Assembly (NCBI GenBank): GCA_963714015.1
Contig: OY970223.1
Coordinates: 800,001 to 864,000 of the forward strand
DNA from: Vulcanimicrobiota bacterium
Lineage (GTDB): Bacteria; Vulcanimicrobiota; Vulcanimicrobiia; Vulcanimicrobiales; Vulcanimicrobiaceae
Direction of reading: 5' to 3'
Length of the DNA stretch: 64,000 nt
The position numbers were made by a program, and so were the translations under genes. The notes below the pieces were generated by a model. That model was not told the origin of the DNA and ran no database searches. It was given only the letters and a program-made list of their open reading frames with translations. The first letter of the stretch is position 1, and every line of letters starts with the position of its first letter. Positions 9,233-20,466 of this stretch are shown piece after piece.

Positions 9233-11878
9233 ATGAGAAGCCAAGAACTGCGCTCGGCCTTCGTCGAGTTTTTTACGTCCCGCGGCCACAGGCACGTGCC
9301 CTCCGCGAGTCTCATTCCCGACGCGATGTCGACCACGCTCTTCACGATTGCGGGCATGGAGCAGTTCGTTCCGGCGTTTCTGGGAGACGAGCCGCCGCCT
9401 GCGCTCAATGCCGTAACCGTGCAGCGCTGCCTGCGCGTGGCCGGCGCGAAGAGCGACATCGAGAACGTCGGCCGAACCGGCCGCCACGGCACCTTCCTGG
9501 AGATGCTGGGCAATTTCAGCTTCGGCGGCTACTACAAACGCGAAGCGATCGGCTACGCGTGGGAGTTCGTCACGCAAGTGATGCGGCTGGATCCGGAGCG
9601 GCTGCGGATTACGGTGCATACCGGCGACGATGAGGCCGAACGAATCTGGCGCGAGGAGATCGGCGTGTCCGCCGAACGCATCACGCGTTTCGACGAAGAC
9701 AATTTTTGGACGATGGGACCGACGGGTCCATGCGGGCCATGCACGGAGATCTTCTACGATTCGGGTGCGCAAAACGCCACCGGTCCGGACGACGACGGGC
9801 CCAACAAAGGCGACCGTTTCGTCGAGATTTGGAATGTCGTCTTCCAGCAATACAACCGTGATGCCGCCGGTAAACTCGAAGAGCTGCCGCGCAAGCAGAT
9901 CGATACCGGAGCGGGTCTCGAGCGCATGCTCGCGGTTGCGAACGGAAAAGTCTCGATGTATGAGACGGATCTCTTCACCGATCTCATCGCCGCCCTTCCT
10001 CCGGCGGGGCAAACCACGCTTTCTTCAAAAGATCGGCTCGAGCGCCGCAATATCATCGCCGATCACGCTCGCGCGGTCACGTTTCTGATCAACGACGGCA
10101 TCTACCCGGGTAACACGGATCGCGGCTACGTCTTGCGATTTTTGATTCGACGCGCCATTCGCAACGGCAAATTGCTCGGCTACCCGAACGGGTTTTTGAC
10201 GCAGCTCGTGCCCGCGGTCGTGACGTCGCTGGAGCCGGGCTATCCGGAGCTGCGGGCCAACATCGCGCGCATTCAAAGCGCGTTGCGCACGGAAGAGCAA
10301 ACCTTCGACCGCACGCTGGAGCGCGGCATCGCGATGCTGGACGATCTGCTCGCAAAGACGCCGGACGGCTCCGCGATCTCCGGTCAAGACGCGTTCGTGC
10401 TTCACGACACGTACGGATTTCCAATCGAGCTCACCCGCGAGATAGCGGCCGAGCGCGCCATCGCCGTCGACCACGCGGGATTCACGGCTGCAATGCAGGA
10501 GCAGCGGGAACGCGCCCGCCGGGACGCCGCGGCAAAACGCGCGGTCGTAACGCTTGCCGAATTACCTGCAACCAAAACCGAGTTCCTCGGCTATGAAGGC
10601 CTCGAAGCCGACGGCGAGATCGTCGCCATTCTCAGGGACAACGATCTGGCGCAAGAGCTTCATGCGGGCGACGCCGCGCAGATTATTTTGGACCGCACGT
10701 CGTTCTATGCCGAAAAAGGTGGCCAGATCGGCGACCGCGGAACGATTACGCTCCCGCATCCTCGCGATCTTGTGGAAACGCCGGCCGAGTCCGTCGAGAC
10801 CGCTTTTGAAGTCACCGATACGCAATTCCAAGGCGAAGCGGTGCTTCATTCCGGCAAGCTCGTGCGCGGTACCCTCCGCACGGGCGATCGCGTGCGCACG
10901 CAAGTATCGGCCGAGTGGCGCCGCGAGATCCGCAGGCATCACACGTCCGCGCATTTGCTCCAGCGGGCGCTCAAGGACGTGCTTGGAGACGAAGTCGCGC
11001 AGGCCGGTTCGTGGGTGGGCACCGATCGAATGCGCTTCGATTTCCGCTCGCCGGCGGGCGCGTTGACGGCCTCGCAGAAACGCGAGATCGCGCATCGTGT
11101 CAACGAGATGATTCGCGACGATACGCCGCTCGAGACGCGCGTGCTGCCGATCGAAGAAGCCAAAGCCGGCGGCGCAGTGATGATGTTCGGCGAAAAATAC
11201 GGCGATCGAGTACGCGTCGTCAAAGCCGGTCCGTCGGTCGAGTTCTGCGGAGGAACGCACGCGCATTCAACCGGCGAGCTCGGCATGTTCGTTATCCTCA
11301 GCGAATTTTCTATCGGGAGCGGAATCCGGCGCATTGAATCCTGTGTTTCCCGCGCCGCTGAAGAGTTTACGCAGCGGCAGCAAGAGATGATCGCGGATCT
11401 CGCCTCTTCCCTTGCCGCCGCGCCGGACGAATTAGGGGACCGTATTACGCGGCTGCAGCGGGACGTCAAGGATCTGCAGAACGCGGTCGGCGAGCTGAAG
11501 GCGCGTTTGGCGGCTGCGGATGCGCAGACGTACGTCGAGAACGCGCAGCGCGAAGGAAACAAGACGTTCGTCGGCGCCGTCGTCCCGGAAGCGAACGCCG
11601 AGGCGCTGCGTCACTTGACCAGCGCGATTCGTCAGCGGTTGCGCAGCGGAGTCATCGCTCTGGCGGGGATCGACGACGGTACCGTAAGCCTTTTGGTAAG
11701 CGCGAGCGACGACATGGTGAAGGAAGGCGTCCACGCCGGGAATTTGGTGAAGCTCGCCGCGCCGCTCGTTGGAGGAAGAGGCGGCGGGCAGGCCGCGCAA
11801 GCCCAAGGCGGCGGCAAGGAGCCGGAACGGGCGCACGACGCCGTGCGCGCGATTCGTGAGGCAGTGCTGAGCGCGTGA
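9233..11878 (+). CDS. alaS: Alanine--tRNA ligase
   Basis: TLFTIAGM, NVGRTGRHGTFLEMLGNFSFG, IDTG.GLER, editing HHTSAHL and EFCGGTH, C-terminal DHHA1 GGRGGG. Confidence 0.98.
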   Translation: MRSQELRSAFVEFFTSRGHRHVPSASLIPDAMSTTLFTIAGMEQFVPAFLGDEPPPALNAVTVQRCLRVAGAKSDIENVGRTGRHGTFLEMLGNFSFGGYYKREAIGYAWEFVTQVMRLDPERLRITVHTGDDEAERIWREEIGVSAERITRFDEDNFWTMGPTGPCGPCTEIFYDSGAQNATGPDDDGPNKGDRFVEIWNVVFQQYNRDAAGKLEELPRKQIDTGAGLERMLAVANGKVSMYETDLFTDLIAALPPAGQTTLSSKDRLERRNIIADHARAVTFLINDGIYPGNTDRGYVLRFLIRRAIRNGKLLGYPNGFLTQLVPAVVTSLEPGYPELRANIARIQSALRTEEQTFDRTLERGIAMLDDLLAKTPDGSAISGQDAFVLHDTYGFPIELTREIAAERAIAVDHAGFTAAMQEQRERARRDAAAKRAVVTLAELPATKTEFLGYEGLEADGEIVAILRDNDLAQELHAGDAAQIILDRTSFYAEKGGQIGDRGTITLPHPRDLVETPAESVETAFEVTDTQFQGEAVLHSGKLVRGTLRTGDRVRTQVSAEWRREIRRHHTSAHLLQRALKDVLGDEVAQAGSWVGTDRMRFDFRSPAGALTASQKREIAHRVNEMIRDDTPLETRVLPIEEAKAGGAVMMFGEKYGDRVRVVKAGPSVEFCGGTHAHSTGELGMFVILSEFSIGSGIRRIESCVSRAAEEFTQRQQEMIADLASSLAAAPDELGDRITRLQRDVKDLQNAVGELKARLAAADAQTYVENAQREGNKTFVGAVVPEANAEALRHLTSAIRQRLRSGVIALAGIDDGTVSLLVSASDDMVKEGVHAGNLVKLAAPLVGGRGGGQAAQAQGGGKEPERAHDAVRAIREAVLSA

Positions 11879-12546
11879 TTGCAGCCGCGCTTATCGCGTT
11901 TGCCCTCGCCCGCACGCCGCTGGACTCGCAGGTCGTCCTCGATCGCTATGCCGCCCGCCTGCTCAGCCTCGAGGCGCCGAAAGCGATGGTCTTCTCGTAC
12001 AACGTTTCGCAAGCCGGGCCGCACGTCATCGAGCAGACGCATCGCGAGTACCGCAGCGGCGAGATGGTTCGCGACGAGACGCTCACCGTCGACGGACAGC
12101 CGCTTCGTCCAAAAGTCACGCGCATCGCCCGTTACCGCAATCACTATACGCTGGATGGATTGGCGCCGCGGCTCTCGCAGTACGCGTTTCTCTTCATGCG
12201 ATCGTACCGGTCGGGCAACTCCTATCAATACGAATACCGGGCGGAAGCGATCGCTGCGGCGGGCAACTTCGTAATCGACGGCATGACCATCGACGGGCGC
12301 TCGTTCCTGCCTTCCCTCATCCGCTTTCACACGACCAACGGTTCGATCGAGGGAACCGGCTCGGTGACGTTTGCAAAAGACGGCAAGTATTGGCTGCCTA
12401 TCGCCGCGAACGTCGCAGCCACGATAGACGGCAAACCCGCCCGCGAGCGGATAACCTTCAGCGGTTACCAATTCCCAGGGAGCTTGCCAAAATCAACGTT
12501 TCAAGCGCCGAAACCGCTGCCCACTCCGACGCTGCCGGCGTTCTAG
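11875..12546 (+). CDS. Hypothetical exported beta-rich protein
   Basis: GTG overlaps alaS stop; N-terminal hydrophobic signal; 223-aa ORF with coding-like codon usage. Confidence 0.65.
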   Translation: MIAAALIAFALARTPLDSQVVLDRYAARLLSLEAPKAMVFSYNVSQAGPHVIEQTHREYRSGEMVRDETLTVDGQPLRPKVTRIARYRNHYTLDGLAPRLSQYAFLFMRSYRSGNSYQYEYRAEAIAAAGNFVIDGMTIDGRSFLPSLIRFHTTNGSIEGTGSVTFAKDGKYWLPIAANVAATIDGKPARERITFSGYQFPGSLPKSTFQAPKPLPTPTLPAF

Positions 12547-12593
12547 TCCGCGACGGTGCGGCCGATCGTGCTGCAGCGTGGCTTGCATGGCTT

Positions 12594-14010
12594 ATGCCGC
12601 TCGCGATTTATGCCGCGTCGCTGGAGAGTGCCGTCGCTTTTTGGGATACGGGTGAAGCGCAAACCGTTCCGTGGATTTTCGGCATCATGCATCCCACCGG
12701 TTTCCCCGCCTTCACCATTATGGCCGGCGTCTTCGCGCACGTCTTTGCGCTGGGGACCGTGGCTTGGCGGATTGCATTTTTTTGCGCGCTTGCCGCGTCC
12801 GGATCGTCATGGCTCGTCTATCGGATCGCTCGCGACTTAGGAGGCAACTCGTTTGCGGCGCTCGGCGCGGCGTGGATGTTCGCGTTCGGCGACGTGGTGT
12901 GGACGCGCAGCACGCGTCCCGAGATCCACGATCTCGCGCTGTTTTTTATGCTGGCGTGCATAGCCGGCGTCATCGCGTGGTATCGCGCAGGGCCGCGGTG
13001 GTCTTTGCCCGTGGCGGCTGCTGCATACGGCCTTGGTCTGGCCACGCACGCGATCGCGATCTTCATCACGCCTTCAATCGCCGTACTGCTCGCCGCGCGC
13101 GGCAAAGCGCTGCATCGCGGCGAGGTTCTAACGGCGCTCGGAGTGCTTGCGCTGAGCCTTTGCACTTACGCTTATCTCCCGATTCGAAGCTTTACCGTCG
13201 ATGCGGCGCATCTGGATCCGCTCGTCGCCCTCGGCAAACCGCGCGGTAACGCGTTCTGGAACACGGACGATCCCTCGACGCTTTCCGGTTTCGCGCGTCT
13301 CGTTTCCGGATCGGATTTTCCCACGGGCAATGCACTGCGCAACATGATCTCGCCCGAAGATTACGGCAAGAACGGCCCGCAGCTCTGGGAAGCGCTGTTC
13401 AAGGACTTTACGCTTGCGGGCTTGGCGCTCGCGTTAGCGGGAATTGCGGCGCTCTACCAGCGCGATAAGATTGCGCTGGCAGCGCTCGTGCTCATGGGGT
13501 TTTTGCCGAGTGCATTCGCGTTCGGCTACACCGTCCTCGCCGATATGGATCGCTATTTTTTCGCCTCGCTCGCCATAACGGCGATACTTTGCGGAATCGG
13601 CGCCGCACGTCTCTGCGCGCTTCCGGTTCGGTACGCGCGCTTCATTGCGCTGCTTCCCGTGTATCCTTGCGATCGGGCTCCTATATTCCGGCCGCCGCAC
13701 GTTCTCGCAGCCCGCCGACCGCGGCGCCGAGTACGTCATCAATTCGGTCGTCCTGCATACGCCTGACGACGCGGTGCTGGTAGCACCGTGGCAGCAGGCG
13801 ACGGCACTGGCGTACGGCGAGTACGTCGAACGACGGCTGGGCCGCCGTATCATCGATTCCGCGTGGTATGGCGAAGATGAAGACTATATCCCGAAGTGGA
13901 CGGCGCGTTATCCGGTGTACGTCGTGGGTTCGCCTTGGGGCCAGGTCAAAGGCTATACGCTCCGCGCCGTTGCCAAGAATCCCGACATCTATCGCGTGGT
14001 CAAAAACTAG
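12594..14010 (+). CDS. DUF2723/TMEM260-like GT-C glycosyltransferase (start uncertain; frameshift near 13660)
   Basis: WDTGE.Q.VP..FGIMHPTGFP motif, multiple TMs, YAYLPIRS; C-terminus continues in ORF 13645-14010. Confidence 0.78.
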
Positions 14011-15183
14011 TGCGCCGGGGTACGCTGATCGCGGCCGTCGTCGCCCTGCTCGCTACGCTCGCCGCCTCGCACCTGCGTTCGACGCCGTACAACAACTACG
14101 TGCTGCTGGCGCAAGCGCTGCTGCACGGACACACATGGATCGACTGGCCCGGGGACTATATCGACGCGCTCGGCTACAACGGGCAGCATTACGTCATCGA
14201 GGCGCCGTTGCCCGCACTACTGCTCTTGCCGTACGTCGCGTTCGCGGGGACGGCGGCGAATCAGACTTGGCTCGCAATCGTCTTGGCGGCCATTGCAATC
14301 GGGGCGGCATGGGAGCTTGGTGCGCGACTCGGGCTGCGCGACGGGGTGAACGCGTGGCTTTGCGCGTTTTTGCTTCTCGGCACCGATTTGCTGTGGTGCG
14401 CGATGCTCGGCGACGTGTGGTTAATCGCGCACGTGAGCGCCGTCTGTTTCACGATGCTTGCGCTCGTGGAGGTCTGCGGCAAACGCCGAGGGTGGCTCGT
14501 CGCGCTCTGGGCGGTTTGCGCGGCGGAGTCGCGCTTTACGATGGTTCTCGCGATTCCGGTGTACCTCGTGTTGCTCGTGGCCGGCACAACGCAGCCGGAT
14601 GAGTTTAGGTTTGACAGGGAACGGCTTCGATCGCTGATCGGATGCGGCGCAGTGTTTGCGGCGGCCGCCGTGTTCTGGGCTTGGTATAATCTGGCGCGTT
14701 GGGGCACGGTCAGCGACATCGGTTACACGACTTGGTACCATCAGGATCAAGCGGGAATGCCGGCCGGATCGCCGTTTCAATTGCGCTATCTGGAATATCA
14801 GATCTGGTCGTTCTTCGTGCAGCAGCCCGGCATTTCTGCTACATGGCCTTGGTTTACGCTGTCCTATTCGGGCGTGGCCTTGACGTGGACGAGCCCCGCG
14901 CTGGTGTACGCGCTTTGGGCAAAACGTCCGCGCGTCTTTACGCTCGCGCTTTGGGCAGCCGCGATCCTGACCGCCGTTCCCAACTTCGTCTATTACGTGA
15001 ACGGCTACGCCCAATACGGCATGCGGCACGCGCTGGACTTCATTCCGTTTGTTTTTGTCGCTGATGTGCCTGGCGGCGCGCAATGGGCTTGCGGTTTGGG
15101 TAAGGGCACTCATTGCCTACTCCTGCGCGGCCGGCATCTACGGCGTTTGGTTTTGGGACGCGCTGATTCGGAGGGCTTACTAA
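14010..15183 (+). CDS. Polytopic membrane protein, probable GT-C glycosyltransferase (frameshift near 15060)
   Basis: About 10 TMs; YNLARWG and GYAQYGMRHALDF motifs typical of GT-C-like proteins; translationally coupled to upstream gene. Confidence 0.6.
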
Positions 15184-16968
15184 TTCGCTGCACCGTTTGA
15201 GAGCTGCTCGAAAGCCTCGCGAAGTTCGGCAGTGCTTTGCGCCGGTGACGCGCAGGCCGTGCCGATGCAGACATAGGCGGCCGGGCGCACCGACGAAATC
15301 AAAGCCGCGCTTTAGGAGCGCATTACCATCTTCAACATCGATCGTCCGAACGGCGGTTAGCGGCGAGGGCAATGCATGTGCGGCCTCGCGGAGGGCTGCG
15401 GTTTCGCCGGCGGAGCCAAGGAGCACGACCGACGTCTCCGGCGACAAAAAGCGGCGTACGCTGCGCGCGTAGGACGCGGCGAAGACCCCGGAACTTTCGT
15501 AAGTTGGGACGTAAAGGGAGAGCGTGTTCGCGGCGATCTCGCGATAACGCGGTTCGCCCTCCAAAATGGAAAGCCGCATCAAACACTCCGCCAATAGCGA
15601 ATTGTCGGCGAGCGGTCGATCGCGCAGGGAAAGATTTCCCAGCGGTTCCTCCACCGACGCATGATCGTAAAAGCCGCCGTCCGGAGCGCCGAAGCGCTGT
15701 TCGATTACGGCCGCCAAACCCTGCGCCCGTTCTAAAAAGCGCCGTTCGCCGGTGTATTCGTGAGCGTCGAGCAGTGCGCGAAAGTATGCCGCTTGGTCCG
15801 TCAGCAGGCCACGAACTTGCGGCGCACCACCGGGCTCGATGAAATGGTACAGCAGGCCCTCGTCATCGCGCATCCTCTCGTGCAATGCGTCCAGGGTCGC
15901 GAGTCCCTCGGCGACGATGCGATCGTCCTCGAGCACATCGCCCGCCGAAACGAACGTTCCGGCCATTGCCGCCGTCCAATTGGAGTAGGACGTGCGATCG
16001 ACGTACGGGGCTCGAAGTTTGCGGCGCTCTTCGAGCGGAAGTTCGTAGTACTGTTCGTCGGCGTCCTGGCTTCCGGCAAACAACTGCGTGCTCGAATCGC
16101 GCAGGACGGTTCGAACGTACATCAGGGCCGAGACGAGCGTGCTGCGAAAGCGCTCGTTACGCGTCGTGCGCGCCAGAGAGGCGAGTATCCGCAGCAGCGC
16201 GGCGTGGTCCTCGGTCATTTTCTCAAAATGCGGAACCGACCAATCACGCGTCGTCGAGTAACGGAAAAAGCCGCCCTCGGCGTGATCGTACATTCCGCCG
16301 GTGGACATGGCAATCATGGACTTCGCGACCATCTCAAATTGCCGGCTGTTGCCGGTGATGCGATGCTCCTGAAGCAAAAACTCCAACGCATCGGTCATCG
16401 GGAACTTCTGCGAGCTGCCGAATCCGCCGTACTCGTCGTCGTAAATCGCTTCCAATGCGCCCGTGACTCGCTCGACAATCGCGTCGCTCAGGTCGCCGGG
16501 TTGCGAGGGTGCATTCTTGACGTGCAGCCTCTGGGAGACCTCCGCCGCGCGTTCCGCGATCCGCTCGCGGTTGGAGCGGTAGAACTCGACGATCTGCTCG
16601 AGCGCGGCGCTCATCTGTTCGGGCGGAAGGTACGTCGCGCCGGCCAGCAGCGTGCCGTCGGGCGTCAAGAACGCGGTCGTCGGCCAGCCGCCTTGGTTAT
16701 AGCGCGCGTTGACGTCGGGACGCCGGTCGTTGTCGACGCGCACCGGTATGTATCGATCGTTGATCGCGCTGATGACCGTGGAGTCTGAATAACTCGTCTC
16801 GTCCATGACGTGGCACCAGTGGCACCATACGGCGGAAATGGAAAGAAGAATCGGCTTGTCTTCGCGACGCGCGCGTTCGAACGCGGGCTCGGTCCAGGAT
16901 TGCCAGTTGATTTCGTGTGCCCGGTTCGGGCGGGGGGAGAAACGAAAGTCGCTAGGGGTCGTCGGCAT
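15180..16968 (-). CDS. Thioredoxin-domain DUF255 (YyaL/SSP411) protein, frameshift near 3' end
   Basis: INWQSW..AFERA...DKPILLSI...WCHWCHVMDETSY, GGWPTT, GGFFRYS...W.VPHFEKM; AYVC.G.AC in shifted frame. Confidence 0.9.
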
Positions 16969-16972
16969 CGAA

Positions 16973-17146
16973 TCAGTCCTGATCGGCAAAGCCGCGCAAA
17001 AACGAAGTGAAGTAAAAAATCGAGATCAGCACCGCTACCGCCAGCAGCGGCACAGCCGGTATCGCGGCGTAGAAATACGATACCGCAAAGAGCACCATCA
17101 GCGCGAAGCTGACGAGCGCATACCGGCTGTGCGTCGCGCGGCTCAT
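16973..17146 (-). CDS. Small two-TM membrane protein
   Basis: MSRATHSRYALVSFALMVLF...FLRGFADQD, 57 aa, directly upstream of DUF255 gene. Confidence 0.5.
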   Translation of the reverse strand: MSRATHSRYALVSFALMVLFAVSYFYAAIPAVPLLAVAVLISIFYFTSFLRGFADQD

Positions 17147-17365
17147 TCCGTATTCGCCGCTCGCATAGGAACTTGCCGACCCGGCTGACGCGCCGCGGGC
17201 CGAGAGCACGCACGTAATCAGTGAAAGAGCGAATCCTACAACGATCCAAAAGTTCACGGGTTGCCGGTCGATCCGGCAAGCGTACAGGCTGCCAGCGCTG
17301 GGTATAACCGGGCCACTGCAGATCCCTCTCGGGGTTTGCGAGGCGAAAAAGGAGCAAGAATCCGT

Positions 17366-17587
17366 ATGGCTGATGGCCCGGTAATTGTAAACGAGGGCGG
17401 CGGGGGCGGCGGCGGGAGCGCAGCGGCGGTCGGCATCGTCGTCGTCGTGCTCATAGCAATCCTCATCGCGGTCTTTGTCTGGCATCCCTGGTCGACGTCC
17501 GCGACATCCAGCGGATCCTCGACATCCACTTCCTCGGGCACTACCAATTCGAGTACGTCCGTCAAGACGGGCGGAGGAGGAAAATAA
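17366..17587 (+). CDS. Small single-TM protein with Ser/Thr-rich tail
   Basis: AAGGAG RBS; MADGPVIVNEGGGG...IVVVVLIAILIAVFVW. Confidence 0.65.
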   Translation: MADGPVIVNEGGGGGGGSAAAVGIVVVVLIAILIAVFVWHPWSTSATSSGSSTSTSSGTTNSSTSVKTGGGGK

Positions 17588-17590
17588 CGC

Positions 17591-17749
17591 ATGGCCGGTC
17601 TTCTTTGGGCCATTATCGTCATTCTGTTCATCTTCTGGCTGCTGGGTTTTTTGGTCTGGCATCTGGGAGCGATCATTCACATCGTCATCATCGTGGCGAT
17701 CGTGCTGCTGATCATCAACCTGCTCACGGGCCGCGGGGCGCGAATCTGA
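17591..17749 (+). CDS. Lmo0937/DUF5670-family small membrane protein (not in ORF track)
   Basis: Translates MAGLLWAIIVILFIFWLLGFLVWHLGAIIHIVIIVAIVLLIINLLTGRGARI; GGAGG RBS. Confidence 0.8.
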   Translation: MAGLLWAIIVILFIFWLLGFLVWHLGAIIHIVIIVAIVLLIINLLTGRGARI

Positions 17750-17773
17750 GGAGGATGGTAAGATAACGGCATA

Positions 17774-19450
17774 ATGCCGGCATCCAAGGGCAAAGGAGCG
17801 GGCCGGACCGTCGCCGAGCGGGGCTCGCTCCAACGTTATCAGGCAAAGCGCGATTTCCAAGATACACCCGAGCCGCGCGGCGCGCGCGCCAAGAAATCGT
17901 CAAAGCTGCGGTTCGTCATTCAGAAACATCGCGCAAGCCGGTTGCACTACGACTTCCGTTTGGAAGCCGACGGCGTTCTCAAATCGTGGGCAATTCCCAA
18001 AGGTCCGTCATTCGATCCGGCCGACAAACGCCTAGCGATGCACGTCGAGGATCATCCGATGGATTACCGCACGTTCGAAGGGATCATTCCCAAAGGCAAC
18101 TACGGCGCCGGCGAGGTGATCGTGTGGGACGAGGGCACGTACGAATTGGTCGAAGGCGACGATGCTTCCGAAGAGATCGGGCACGGCAAGATCAAATTCG
18201 TGATGCACGGTAAAAAAATGCGGGGCGAATTCACGCTGGTGCGCATTCGCGGCCGCTCCGGCGAGGGCGGCGATCCGTGGCTGCTGGTCAAGGACCACGA
18301 CGAGTTCGTCGATACCAAGTACGACATCGCCAAAGACGACAAATCGGTCAAAACGGGACGCACGGTGGAATCCTATGCGAAGGATCCCAAAGCGCCGCAC
18401 TGGATCTCCGATCGTCCGTCCGCGCAAGCCTCGAGGGCCGCCGAAAAAAAAGCTCGCACCCGCACTAGGCGGGATTCCATTCCGAATGTCAAGACGCCCA
18501 TGCTTGCAACGCTCGTAGACGAGCCGTTCGATGACGAGGAGTGGCTCTTCGAGATCAAATGGGACGGCTACCGCGCCATCTGCACGGTCGATGAAAAACG
18601 AAACCTCTCGCTGGTCTCGCGCAACGGCTTGGACTTTCTTGCCAGATTTCCGGAACTCGAACAGCTTAAAGACGCCTGGACCAGTCTGCCGATCGTCGTC
18701 GACGGTGAGATCGTCAGTCTGGACGATCAGGGCCGTTCGTCGTTTCAGCGCCTGCAGGAGTCGCTCAACAGCCGGCGCAGCAACGGGCGCCCCAAAACGT
18801 CACGCAATCCGTTGATGTTTGCCGCCTTTGATTTGATCTACGCGGACGGCAAGGATCTGCGCAAAGAGCCGCTGGAGGAGCGCAAAGCGCTGCTGGAGCG
18901 ATCGATAGCGGATAACGCCGTCGTTCTGTTTTCCAAACACGTCGCCGGTCACGGGTGCGCACTCTTTCATCAGGCCGAGGAACGGCATCTGGAAGGCATC
19001 ATCGGCAAACGGCGCGATTCGGTTTATCAAGAACGGCGCACGCGCGACTGGGTCAAGATCAAAGCGCAACTGATGCAGGAGTTCGTCATCGGCGGGTTCA
19101 CCGAACCGCGCGGAAGCCGGACCGGTTTCGGGTCCCTGTTGCTGGGCCTCTACGACAAAGGAAAATTGTATTACGTCGGTCACGCCGGGACGGGGTTCAA
19201 CACCAAAACGCTGCAGACGATGACGCGCGACTTGAAGAAGATCGAGCGCAAGACCTCACCCTTCGTCAATCCGGTCGAAGCGAATGCCAAGGCGCATTTC
19301 GTCGAACCAAAACTCGTTGCCGAAGTGCGCTTCACCGAATGGACCCGCGATAATCTGCTGAGGCAGCCCGCCTTCCTAGGATTGCGCATGGACAAAGATC
19401 CTAAGAACTGCAAACGCGAGCGCGCGATCGACACGGACGAAGTCACCTGA
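17774..19450 (+). CDS. ligD: NHEJ LigD: phosphoesterase + ATP-dependent ligase domains
   Basis: FVIQKH.ASRLHYDFRLE...SWAIPKGPS (PE domain); EIKWDGYR (ligase motif I), EGIIGKR, EVRFTEWT. Confidence 0.95.
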   Translation: MPASKGKGAGRTVAERGSLQRYQAKRDFQDTPEPRGARAKKSSKLRFVIQKHRASRLHYDFRLEADGVLKSWAIPKGPSFDPADKRLAMHVEDHPMDYRTFEGIIPKGNYGAGEVIVWDEGTYELVEGDDASEEIGHGKIKFVMHGKKMRGEFTLVRIRGRSGEGGDPWLLVKDHDEFVDTKYDIAKDDKSVKTGRTVESYAKDPKAPHWISDRPSAQASRAAEKKARTRTRRDSIPNVKTPMLATLVDEPFDDEEWLFEIKWDGYRAICTVDEKRNLSLVSRNGLDFLARFPELEQLKDAWTSLPIVVDGEIVSLDDQGRSSFQRLQESLNSRRSNGRPKTSRNPLMFAAFDLIYADGKDLRKEPLEERKALLERSIADNAVVLFSKHVAGHGCALFHQAEERHLEGIIGKRRDSVYQERRTRDWVKIKAQLMQEFVIGGFTEPRGSRTGFGSLLLGLYDKGKLYYVGHAGTGFNTKTLQTMTRDLKKIERKTSPFVNPVEANAKAHFVEPKLVAEVRFTEWTRDNLLRQPAFLGLRMDKDPKNCKRERAIDTDEVT

Positions 19451-20412
19451 TGGCCGGCGCGAAGGTCGAATTGGCCGTCGGCGGCAAGAGCTGACGCTTT
19501 CGAACCAAGACAAAGTGCTGTTTCCGCGCGACGGGTACACCAAAGGCGATCTCATCGCGTACTATCGCAGCGTGGCCAAGTGGCTGCTGCCGCATCTGGA
19601 GGATCGCCCGCTGACGCTGCAGCGCTTCCCGGACGGTATCGACAAGCCGTCGTTTTTCGAAAAACAGGCACCCCGCTTTACGCCGGACTGGATACCCACC
19701 GTCGCGCTTTCGGCCGAACAGGACTCAAGGAAGATCTCCTACCTCCTTTGCAACGACGAAGCGACGCTGACGTGGTGTGCTAATCTTGCATCGATCGTGC
19801 TGCACGTGTGGTATTCGCACGTGCCGACGACGGATTATCCCGATTACGCGCTATTCGATCTGGACACGTGCGAACGAACGACGATGAAAACACTCGCGAC
19901 CGTGGCGATCGCATTCCGGGATACGCTGGGCGATATCGGACTGCAGGCGTTGACGAAGACTTCAGGCGGGTCGGGACTCCACGTCGTCATTCCGCTTCGA
20001 CCCAAATACGACTACGAGACGATCAAACAGTTTGCCGAGATCGTGGCGCGCCACGTGGCAGCTCGAATTGCCCGAATTGACGACGCTCGAACGCACCGTC
20101 TCGAAGCGGCCGAACACCTCCGTGTATCTGGACTGGGTGCAGGTAGGGCGCGGGAAGACCGTCGTTCCCCCGTACGTCGTTCGCGCTCGTGACGGGGCGC
20201 CGGTGTCGATGCCGCTGGACTGGTCCGAGGTCGAAGACCTTGCACGCAAACGCGCAACGCCGGCCGCCGTTTTCGCGCAATGGAACATTCGCAATGCTCT
20301 CAAACGGCTGACCGGCACGGGCGATCTGTGGCGCGGAAACCATTGGAAACCGGCTGCGCTCGAAACGGCACTCCGGAAGGCGCAGCGCGCCTGGAGCCCA
20401 AAGGTTTCCTAG
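19450..20412 (+). CDS. Stand-alone LigD polymerase/primase domain (frameshifts near 19490 and 20060)
   Basis: LSNQDKVLFP..GYTKGDL..YY, RFPDGI...FFEK, FDLD, KTSGGSGLHV, VYLDW.Q...GKT...PY.VRAR. Confidence 0.88.
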
Positions 20413-20466
20413 GGTATAATCAAATGCCGGCGTTTCGGATCTGCCGGAAGGAGAAAAGACGTACTC

